Shown: piece after piece, positions 25,257-36,700 of the stretch
Layout of the letters: each line of letters starts with the position of its first letter
Position numbering within the stretch: the first letter of the stretch is position 1
Assembly (NCBI GenBank): GCA_030141605.1
Contig: JAQGDQ010000914.1
Location: 1-64,000 of the forward strand
DNA from: Tubiluchus corallicola
Lineage: Eukaryota; Animalia; Priapulida
Length of the DNA stretch: 64,000 nt
Direction: 5' to 3'
Notes under the pieces: model-generated
What the model saw: the letters and a program-made list of their open reading frames with translations, nothing else
Databases searched by the model: none
What the model was told of the DNA's origin: nothing
Position numbers and translations under genes: made by a program

Positions 25257-28094
25257 ATTGTCCAATACTGTCGGCCATTTTACTCATGTCTTTCACAATT
25301 CGTATGCAATATTGTCCCTTGCAGTCGTCGTTATTTTCCAATAAACATCTCAACGTCTTGACGAACTCCTCAACTTCTCTCCTGAGGTCACCGCTATCCA
25401 CGTTCAAGTTATGATGATGGACCATTGCGTACATGGTTAGAAGGACTGCCGGACAATCGGCAACGAAATAAATATCCTAAAACAAAATGAAAAACGTTTT
25501 ATAAATCAGTTTGCAATTTAATTCCATTTTTGTAAATTTACAATTATTACAATCGTGTTATCATAACCTCTTAGGGAATACTAGACTGTCCAGACTTTGG
25601 TACGTGTTAGACAAACTACTGTAGAAGCTATTTTAACTTTATATTGTAATTCATGTATGATCTAGCAGAATCAATTTTCAAAAACAACTGTAAGCCTTCT
25701 TTTGTATTCACTGTTAAAACAGTAAAAATAATCTGATCCCATTTAACCTAAGTATAGCTGCTACTTAGAGCACTGGTTGGCTTGAATGAGTCAAAAAAAT
25801 GTTGAAAATAAAAGTATTCACGTCATATTTTTGCCATTGCACTTTTAAAGCTTGTACAAATGGAACCGTATCTGAAAACGTTACTCACTTTATTATTAGT
25901 TCTGCATTTGTACACTGTGTTGCGACCGTAGTTTCGACCAACATTTCCAGCTCGGTCAATTTTTCTGTCTCCAAGGTGACCAGCTTTCTGAACACGTCCA
26001 TCAGCTTCACTAAAACTTCCCGGACAATTGCAGTCTTCTGGAACTATTATCAGAAGAAATCCCTGTTGAATTTTTGTCCCAAATTCCGGCGAGGATGCCA
26101 CAAACTTGTTAAATTCTGTAAATATTGTGAATTAAAATAATAATTGAGTCAATCTTTGTACGTAACGTAACTATCTTAATTTCAAGATGATTTTAGTAGA
26201 TTTATACACTAAGGTTATTAAATTTTTGGAATCATGGTTAATCATTAAAAATTTAAAAAAACTCAAAATTGGAACTAATCTAGGAACTAGAATCAGTATT
26301 TTTGCGACGAGTCCAAATAATAATGTTAAAACTGATAATTTTCCATAATTACAGACAACTCCTGCTCAAACTCTTTGCACGTTTTTTATTCCAGAGCTTA
26401 GAAAATAAAAAAATCAAATCGCTATTTTTGGCAAAAGAAAATAACAAAGCCAAATAACTTTTGGCACTTCATATTCCTGATAACTGATATTTACATTTTG
26501 ATATCATCATGCAGCTATTTCTACTTCTGACACAGAGCTACATTATAAGACATCACTGTTTCTGAGATGCTTACCAGGCAAAATGATCCTCAAATACCCC
26601 AAGTAGTACGACCATGCCAAACCTGCACCTACATGGGTTGGGATAGACTGTAGTGAGGAAACAGTTTCCTCAAATTGCTCTTCGTCACTTTGTGAAATTC
26701 GTAGCGCTATCAAATCAGAAATGGTGGTCAGATCTTTGACTACAACGATGTCATACTGCCCTCTGAATGCTGGATTTGAAAAGAGGAGAAATTTAACAGT
26801 TCTGAGAAACTCTTGCATTTGCAACTGCAGCTCCTCTGGCAACATGTTAACGTCTCCACATTGTGACATCTCATAGAGATTCAGCAACGGTGTTGCAAAT
26901 TCACCAACAAAATAAGTCTCAACCTATAATGAACACCAGTAATTAAAAGATACATCCGACCAAAGAACAAATGAACGAATCAACAAATCAATTAATCTAC
27001 TATAACCATCCAGCCAGTCGGTAGTCGTGCCTTTACAGTATTTGCCTTTAGCAGTGTAAGTGTTTAGTAACTAATCATCTCTGTAAACTCTTATTTCAGT
27101 GATTATCAATGTTTTTAATGGCAAATAAAGATTATTAAACATATATTATGCGCATAGTTAGCATTTAGTTAGAAGGACAATGGTCAGTAAAACAGTCAGT
27201 GAATTGGTTGGTCACGTCAGTGAATTGAGACGGCCAGCCACTCAGCAAATCAGACAACATTCAGTTTGGAAAGTTAGTCCGCAATACTATGTTCGACTAT
27301 GATAAGTGTTTTAGTTTGTAAAAAAGTTATCTTTTAAGTCTTGTAATAGCCTGATTCTTTATGAATTTAGCAATTACAGAAGAATGCTTCGCCCCTGACG
27401 AAAAAATTGCAAAAAATATACGTGTAACAGATAAATTTCTCAATAAAAATATAAAATCATAAAATGATAAAGAAGTAAATAAAATACATTAGATATAGGC
27501 CTCTACTAGACAATGATATAATGACTCAATCAGCACTTACGTCATTTTGGGTGAATTTATATACGGAGTTTCGTCCATAATTACGTCGTACACTGCCTGC
27601 CCTATTGATAAACCGGTCCCCTAAATGGCCAGCGTGTTGAATTCGGCTGTCTGCCAAACCGAGGCTCTTGGGACAAAAGCAGTCTTCTGGCATTATGATA
27701 AAGAATTTTTTTGCTGATATTTTCTCTCCAAACTCTTCGGAGGATGCAACAAAAGTGCCAAAATCTGTAAATTCAAACCGTTTAATCAATGAAATAAATT
27801 AACGCCGGTTAATTGGCTAATGATTTTGTTGCAGAATAAACCCTAAAATGAATTGGACAAACCAGAAAATTAAAACAGAGATTACACTGTAAAGGTAGAC
27901 TGTATAATGCAAATAAAATTTAATATTGAAAAAGAGTTTTAGCTAAAGATATTTCATAGGCCTATAATAGTCTACTTCGATCACTTACCTTTTAATATAA
28001 TGTTTAGAAATCCATCGAAATACCCAAAAGCAAAGCCTTGCGCAGCATCTTTACTCACTTCACCAACGTTTAACGAACCACGTACATCAGACAT
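25255..28094 (-). CDS. Tandem double STING (TMEM173) ligand-binding-domain protein, 375 aa, no TM/TIR; 5 exons: 28094-27989, 27764-27541, 26923-26575, 26115-25889, 25476-25255
   Basis: All junctions are GT-AG with phases 1/0/1/0; 1128 nt open. Domain 1: AQGFAFGYFDGFLNIIL / FIIMPEDC / NRAGSVRRNYGRNSVY / VGEFATPLLNLYEMSQ. Domain 2: GAGLAWSYYLGYLRIILP / IIVPEDC / DRAGNVGRNYGRNTVY / VADCPAVLLTMYAM. These match human STING AHGLAWSYYIGYLRLILP, ILLPLDC, DRAGIKDRVYSNSIY and VLEYATPLQTLFAMSQ. Confidence 0.92.
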
Positions 28095-28189
28095 TTTAGT
28101 AGAACTTATATATTAGAAGATCGTTTCTGATATTATTCTGTCACAGTCGTAAGTTGACTTTAATTTGATCTCTACTGCGTTGCAGTCCC

Positions 28190-28482
28190 TACTTATATAT
28201 AGCATACTGTTTCGGGGATCCCCATGCAAGTTGTTGTCAAAATAGAGAACCGGGGAAAACCGGATTGCTATCCTTTGTGAAACTTGCGTGCGCAGATGTA
28301 TTTACAGATGTTGGTACTTTGACACGCCTACAGACACCCGTAGCCTTGCATAGAAGAACAGTTGGTTTGTAAGCAGCGTTTTGATTGGATACAAAAGATG
28401 ATGCACCCTGACGTCACATGATTAGCGTAACGGATACTACACTCCCCCTGGCACGAATCATCTGCTGCAGACGGTTTTCCCC
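28190..28482 (-). promoter_or_regulatory. Putative immune-inducible promoter of the STING-STING gene
   Basis: TATATAAG (28192-28199, minus); palindromic kB site GGGGATCCCC (28214-28223); GGGGAAAACC twice in inverted orientation (28252-28261, 28473-28482); CCAAT (28384-28388, minus); CRE TGACGTCA (28409-28416). Confidence 0.6.
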
Positions 28483-29471
28483 GTCATAATTTCGTCGAAG
28501 TATTCGTGTTTGCACTCCTTTCCTATTTGCTAAAGTGCGTCGAATCTAATGACAAATTTAGCAAATGCACGTAGCAACCACGCCAAATTAAAGTGTAAAT
28601 TCGTCTTAGCTACGATTAGTTTGGAGAAATCGGCGTAGTCATCAAAATCATGAGTTGATGACTAGGCAGATTCATCGCTGTATAATACATATTACCACAA
28701 TTCCTGAAAAAAATATTAGCTGTATTAGGAAATAATTAGTAATTTGTTAAACTTGTTGTTGTCTGAAAAAGTTGATTTGAATGATGATGTAACTGTAAAA
28801 AAATTCTAATGTAGCCTGTTAATTAAGTGCATATTTTATTTTTCACGGCAAGCTTGCAAATGAACTTCAACTTTCAATGAAATACTTCAGCCATATACCA
28901 TTTTTTAGATAAATATTTTAGCAATTAGCAGCCTTTACTAATTATAAGTGATGCAATCTTAACAAATATATTGTCAGTTTGTGAAATAAGAGTAATTTTC
29001 GTCGCAAGTGTAACAATAATAATGTATAATAATTCTAGACAAGCCCGGAATTAAGACATGAACAGTATAAGCGTGTTGCACTACAATCAATGACTGCCAT
29101 ATTCCAACAAAATATTGTAGTGTTTTATACGTCATTTCTATTAAAAAAATAAAAAGGCTATTTTACAAATTTGCATTAAATTCTGAAGTTCTTAACTTTA
29201 TTAAACACAAACATTAAATAAACCTAATTTGGTAATTTTACTAATTTATACGACGTTATATCGTTTATAAGATTGTAATTCATTAAACTAAAATGTTCAA
29301 AGCGATCAGTTCATAATAATTCCAAATAATACAAAATGATGTATTTACTTACATCGTATGTCTCCATAAAGCAAATCTAGTATTTACCAATATATCTGCC
29401 AAATTATGTCACTATCATACTGTGAAAAACTATTTTTAAAGAAGCCTGTTAACGTCTACCAACTAACTCAC

Positions 29472-29576
29472 TTGCCCAGGTAGAAACAGATTTGCACAGG
29501 TGAGTGACCGTGGTCACGTGACCAACGAGATACTTGGCGAAGTTCCCTAGGGCACCAAGGTCCCAGGGACGCCAAA
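29472..29576 (-). other. GC-rich, self-complementary candidate exon or structured RNA element
   Basis: Flanked by a ttttttgccag acceptor and a gtgagt donor; contains a long hairpin (TTGGCG-TCCCTGGG...CCTAGGGA-CGCCAA) and a second GTGACC/GGTCAC stem. Confidence 0.4.
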
Positions 29577-31974
29577 CTGGCAAAAAATTGAAAACAGATA
29601 TCATGTTAATAAAGTATTTTAAACAGCATAAAAAGCCTTACGATTCAAAATGTGAGGTAGAGGAACACAAGCGAATGTAAAATTTTTTGCTGTTGGCAGG
29701 GATCATACTTTTTCTGTAGCTGATTAACTTAATTAAAATTTGATTTTAAAGTCAATAAAGAATTCAAATGCCATTAATCCTATATAGAGCAATGGGATTT
29801 GCTTTATAACTACAATTTATGATTTATAATTACAACACTTTAATTAATCCGGCTTTGATTACAGTTGATTATGAGGATCATCAAGGATCTTATTCTTTCT
29901 TGCTAAATTTTATGAAAACTATATTTAGCCAAGGTCTTCTCTACTTTTTCTGCTCACCAAGAAGAACCGATATTGCTGTGATCTTTTCTATTCCCCTTTG
30001 CAATGATTTCCTAACCTGGGCATAAAATCGTGCAATTTTTGCTAATATTTGCTTAAGCAAACAAAGGCTCATACTTTGAATATCTGAATAATGATGTTTA
30101 CTGGAAATCGTGAAATATATTATCTCCTCTGTGACGTAACACACCTCGTGACAACAGCTCACACAGCGTGACAACAACTACCTTTAGTAAACAACATAAC
30201 AGCTAATGTTTAATCAGCAGGTAAACTGATTGTGCTTTTTCATAAAGACAAATTTGCAGGGCGGCAGTTATATTTGCACGGAGTTAAAACTTCAAGTACC
30301 CGAAAAATGACTTTTCAATTTAAACAGAATGTAGAGACGAAGTTTCAAAGCACTGCAAAATACAAAGACATAAGTATAATAAAGAAACTAAGCCAGTTAA
30401 CATTGCTTTAAGATAAATGAGCATTAAAAATCTCTCTAGCCTTTGAACATCAAGCCTGCGATGTATTTCTTCTATAATTAACTGATCATGTGCTCATCTG
30501 TAAGATTTATCCAGTTTTTGTATTTTTTTCGTTTGTTAGGTTACGGAAATGGAATAAATTTGATTGTTCCATTCAATAGACGACCCTTATATCGACTGCT
30601 CGAGTTACATAAGTCCCAATGGCATCTTTTAACCTTGATTATAACCACATAAATAGAGTAAAATTAGCTAATATTACATTGATGTATAATATAAATTTTG
30701 GCCACATTTGAGTAAATGTGGACCATGAAGATCTTATCGAGGTTTATAAAAGCTGACCAGAAAAGAAAATATTTTGCCTGAAAACATTTTGTCTGCATAT
30801 GGGGTTTCTACGAGTGTCCTCGGTTACTCATAATCATGACAGTTGTCACGGATTCTCGTGAATGAGTTCAACCAATACCGAATAGCTTATTCTCTACAAC
30901 TTACACAAACCTACTTAGAGTAATGTTATAACTAGTCGTTTAAAAATTCACATATTCTCATATATGAGCTTAATTCAATACACCTTTCCATTCTGTAGCA
31001 CTAATGTTTTCTTTATCATACGATTCACTTCATATTTTCAGATTATTTTCATTAATTTTTTTTACTTTTTTACTTTTTTTTCTTCACAGTGTGGGACAAT
31101 CTAACAAGCCCTGCTTTTTGATTGCCCGCAACACATTTACATTTGTATATGTAGCAAACCTAAACTATGGTATATCTAAACTAGTTATGTGCTCAAAGTA
31201 AACTGTATACGAATTTACTAAGCAACATACAACAGCGATAATTCTCTTGTTTATCTTTCAACCCCACAGTGTTTTGAGAGTCAAGTTAGTATATTTGCAA
31301 TGATGCTGTACATAACGTTGTTTAGACACCAGTATTAAAGGAAGTAGCGATATCACTATCTTTGTTTACCATAGGTTGACCTACGTCTAAAGACAATTTA
31401 AATCATTTTTTCCAAAATTTGCTTCCAATTATGTATCTTACTATTTGTTATTCATTGAATTATTGATAACTTTTTGTTTCTTTTAATGTATTAATTGTGT
31501 ATTTGTGTTGATGTGAAATAAATAAACAATAAGCAATAAATAAAAAATTAGTATTACATACCAACTAGTATTATAAAAGATAGTATAGTAATATAGTTAT
31601 GGGAATATATAATTATATAGAATTATATAATAGGAATATAGTAATATAATACTATATTCAGTGAGTGATAGCTTGATGTGTTTTAGAAGAAAGGTAGAAT
31701 GATATGTTTAGTTGTTTACAGGCTAACATATACTAGCCAATAATTCGAAAACAGCCAGAAAAATTCATGAGCCAAAACATTAATTTTTACACTAACTGCC
31801 GTTTGTCTTGTGAAAAGCGTGATACGTGTATATTATGGGTTCAGTAGTGATGCACTCACTTTACACTCGCTCTGCGTGTAATTAAAACTGGAAACTACAA
31901 CTATATTACAACTATAACTCAAAAGCTATTTTGATAAGGTAATTATTATTTCCTATTTTATGAACTCAATAAGA

Positions 31975-32031
31975 TTTAATAATAATAATAATAATAATAA
32001 CAATAATAATAATAACAACAACAACAACAAC

Positions 32032-32084
<53 letters not shown>

Positions 32085-32092
32085 TAATAAAA
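31975..32092. repeat. (AAT/AAC)n microsatellite
   Basis: Direct inspection. Confidence 0.95.
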
Positions 32093-33703
32093 ATATCGTT
32101 GATGAAAAACAATAAAATTTGCCCAAAATCTGGCTTTTTCATCCAGAAAATGCCTGTAAAAGAGTAAGTAAAGAGTGAGTAATAACCAATCAGGAGCTGA
32201 GACAAATTTGATATCATCATTACCACTGATAACATCAGCATGCACAACTTGACTTCAATGTTTAATCTATTGTAGTACAGTAGTATTGTATTCCTTCACC
32301 ACTATTATATCACACTGCCTAACGAAGCTAGAGTGCTAAATGAGCTGCTTTGTTAACTAACAACTTATTGTCCAGCTAGCGAGTTACACAAGACAGCACA
32401 AGGCAATACCTATGTACTGCATGCTGGCGTGAATTAAACATAAGGTCGTGCAAGTTTTCATGATGGCAACTCGGCCAACAAGCACAGTATTTAATAAAAT
32501 AAAGAAATTTTTACAGAATTTCTAAAAATACGGAGTAGTGCAACTGCGGTACATGAGTTAGTGAGTTACATGCCTTTACAACCCGTATTCAACAACTCCG
32601 CCATTTTAATTTGACGTCATCAACCTTTGCTGCAGATAGCTAGTCCACTACATTTTCAGCCTGTTGTAACATTTGTGTTTGTAGCAATAAATGCATTTAA
32701 AAATGAAGCCCATCTTTTTGATACACTTGTTTATTTTAAAAACTTCCTTTAGGCTTTGATGTTTTTTGTCTACTGTCTAGCTGTCTACTTAGATGTGCTG
32801 TCTACACAGGCTAGAGGTCTATAACTAAGAGACTAGTAGGCTATATTTTAGCTACGTATGTAATCACCATTGTTTACCAAACTTTATTTGCAGCTTTACG
32901 GTGCAGTGCAAAATTATTAATAATGACATTAGAAATAAATTAAAATAAGTTTATGCAGGCATTGTCATATCTTTTTATCCATCCTTACATACATATCCGA
33001 GGGCTGTGAATTAATAAACACCAATGCAGTTTTTGATTTTTTAATTATCACACTGCTTCATTAACTTTTTTACAAATATTTCAATGTGAATAATTGCTCA
33101 TAGTTCAGTATTATTTTCCTTGCATCCATTATAACAAATTACTGTCAGGCAAATTAGGTTTACCTGATAAGCGTTAATAGTTTCTGTAAGAGGTTTGCAC
33201 TATTTTTTGAAATATTTTTCACTAAATGGAATTCGTTGCATAAGGGAAGAGATAAATTATTTCAGCGGTCTTTGATCAGACCTACAGAGTTCGTGTGATT
33301 TCATACTGGTAAAAAACTGAAACTGAACTAATTTGCGAGATAACCCTCGGCGAGAGAGATAACCCATGTTTACAATTTTGAACTGGCATTGCCGCGTCAG
33401 CAAAACTCGTAATTATCAAATTAAAATTTACGATTACTAAATCAAGTTTATTGCAAGAGGATACTATCACGTTGGTACGCCTAAAATGTCCAGAAGTGAG
33501 GATTTCAGAAGATTATAGGGCCAGTAAAACTGTTACTATCGCTGAAGCTCGGTGCACTCCGTTATTATTGCCTCTGGCATTGGTAAGATAGTAAGGTACT
33601 TACCAACTGGGATCCAAATAATAATGAATCACGACGAATATTTCTACACGAAAATTATGATGATGTCAATTTCTTTCACCTTATTTCATTTCTGTAGAAT
33701 ATT

Positions 33704-36700
33704 ATGGAAGCATCAGGTAGAGGACGGGGCCTATGGAAAGGAACCAACAAACCTCCCATGACGTCTCCCGTTAGACCTGCAGCTACGTACTTTGGCGGTC
33801 GAGGAAGGCAGAAACCAGACACGAGAAGCGGTGCATGGACAAAACATCAAGCACCAGGTGTGATATTCATAAACTAGTACTTTTTAGTAGTAGTAGTGCT
33901 AAACTGTAATCACTACCGTCTGCGCCAGTTTGCAAGTTTTAACAAAGTAGACAGCTAACATCATTTCACACATTGAAGTACAGGGACAGAAGTACAAGGG
34001 GTGTGGCAGAGTGGGTAAACAGATTTCACTTCTGCACTTTACTCACTGTTTTGTAAAGTATGCTATTCTAAGTAAAATTGTACCTCAATCATCAAAATTG
34101 TACAAATATTATAAATCTTACAATTTATATGTATAAAATGCTTTGTTGTATTTCATGTGTGTTGTTTGCTTATTAGAAAAGCAAGAATTTTTCACCTGTT
34201 AATTAACGAGTTAACCATATTTAATTTTCGACCACATTGCTTGCTTTTTTGTTGTTGCATTCATGACTTAACTGCATCTTGTTTAGTTGTTGTTTTAATA
34301 TTTAACTGCATTATTTGCGTGCTTTTTTCCATTGGTATAATTATAATATAACTGCATTGCATTTTGTTTATTTGCTACACTTAAGACCTAACTACGTATT
34401 ATCCACGTAACCATGTGGTCTGCCGTGCTTTATAATATTTCTAAGTTATATAGGGGTGGCTGACTCGATGACCTCCTGCTCAGTCGCCGCCCCATCTATA
34501 CACACTTTACATAATTTGTTGTATTGCACTATAAATATTATATTAGAGATAAATAAACCCTTTGAATTGAATTGAACTGAATTTTGTATTATGATTTATT
34601 CCAGTATAATACCTTATTTGTCTGAATCCCACACAAATTAGTGTAACTACATAGTTACCTGACCTCTTCTTGTTAAACTTCTAAAAATAGTAAGAAAATT
34701 AAATTGCAGTTATTTGTCAGTCATTTAGAAACATGTGAATTTATCCATGCAAAACTTGGAAAAAATGAAAAGTCAAGAATGCTAGGAAGTTATTTAAAGG
34801 ACAAGAAAAGGGGTACCTGAAGTAGGTTTCAGACAAATCGCCTTAAAAAATTATATTACTCTAAAGCAATTTTATGCATATATCTTACTCGCACTGAAAG
34901 GAATTTTAGTTTGTTTTCATTTTAAATTTCCCGCAATACTATTACATGACGTCATGCACCAAACGTAAATGAAGGGAAGAGAAAGCCATGTTAAATTACG
35001 TCTCAAAAGACTTTCCCTGCAAATCTATATTACTTAGATTTTCGCTTACCTACTAGAAAGGCTCATGTAACTAGAAAAGAAAATTATTAATTATTTAAAA
35101 TGTTTTCACCAATTGGTAAAATGTTGCCGACTCACACTCCAGGGTGCACCACTCACTAACCAAAAAACGTATTTTTAATCTTATTGACAAGATACAGTAA
35201 TTTTAAATTTTATTTAGTAAGTGACTTGTGCGCTACAAATGCTCAGATTATTTTTTCAAACTTTACAAGATGTTTTCTAAACTTGTTTCAAATGACCTGT
35301 CGTGAAAATGGCTGCGCCTAACGGTCATCGCGGGAGTTTAAATTTACATGTTTTATACAGCTTGACTGCCGATTGAAGTCCTGCATGCAAAAAGCATGAT
35401 GTAAGTGATATAAAATTTCAAAACGAATTTTTCCAGCTTTACGTTTATGAAGGGTTTTCTTGTGCTTTAACTGTACATAAAGCAACTATGCGAGTTGACT
35501 TATGTTTCTGTCTTCCGGTTGTTTTCTTAAATTACTATTTTGCTTTGTTCCCTTGCAGGAGAGCTCCGGTCTAATTCTCGTTTTGAGGATGCCGCAGCAA
35601 AGATAAATGCATCTGTACAGAAGTTCTTGTCAGCAGCGGATGAAGAAAGCAACTCATCGGAAGAGGATTTGGAGGATGAAGAAATCGTGCGGAACATACT
35701 CTTCAGTTATGCCGGTATATATTTACCAAAATAGTTTCAGGGATGAGAATTTTCCGCGGATACGCGGAATTCCGAGCTTTTGGAAGACCAGTAGTGCCAT
35801 TTTTGTAAATCGCGTAAATTCGTTGAGAAAATTTTTACGGACCCAGTACATTATTTCACAAACTGACCGCTAGTTGGCAGGCCGTCACTTTGTTTACATC
35901 ACGTACATCAGTGTAACCACGTGTGTATCTCTATGTATAAAAATATAGAATCAATTGTGCAGAGTTATTTGAGTCAATTGCAAACAGTTTTTATATACTT
36001 TTGCATATTAGAGGCCAGTACTTAGGCGTTTTTGAGACAATTAGGTATCATATGTCCTTGATAGTTGGGTATTTGAAATTATGCATGAAACAAGGTAACT
36101 GATACTTTAAGTCCTCTTAGGGGCTCTGTATGGTCAAAAAATTGCAATTTGTTGCTGCCTACGCGGCCCCCAAACCCCCGACATGTTTCAGAGTTTTTTG
36201 CAATTTGTCAATCTCATCCCTGTAGTTTACTGCGAAACATTTTTTGAAACAAAATCTGACTTATGTCAGTCTCATCTGTCCGCTGACCGCTAGACCAGTG
36301 CTATTCAGCCTTTTTCAGACCGGTCCACCCTAAGAACCCTGAACTGGTCACGTGGCATAAAATTGAAACAAAAATGTCTTGCTTTACCTTATTATTATTT
36401 ATTTATTAAATAACATAATATTTATTAAACTATAATAATTATTAATAAGTCTTAAAATAAATCAAAACTAGGGATTCACATTAATTTAATTAGTTTAAGC
36501 ATTCAAATAACTTGATTGTTGGTAAAAAAAACCATAAGGCAGAATTATGTGGAGTCCAGAAAGAGTATTACTGTAATTAACTTTATAAAATTATAAAATG
36601 GCCGTGTCGCAGAATTATAGTACAGTGTTAGAGACAAAATTCATTTATGTACCATCACCATTGTCGTTGCTGTTGCCGTTGTCATTTGAATAAAAATATT

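Noticed and set aside
29645-29790. Intronic H/ACA snoRNA (AGAAAA ... ACAUUU on the minus strand, ~70 nt before an acceptor)
   Set aside because: Hairpins are weak and AT-rich and no rRNA target could be identified; box-like matches at about 31840 and 32190 were similarly incomplete.
28100-32600. Upstream TM or TIR exons for the STING gene
   Set aside because: No TIR or multi-TM coding block was recognisable, and the ATG exon has an in-frame upstream stop and no pyrimidine-rich acceptor. Transcript data are still needed to exclude it fully.
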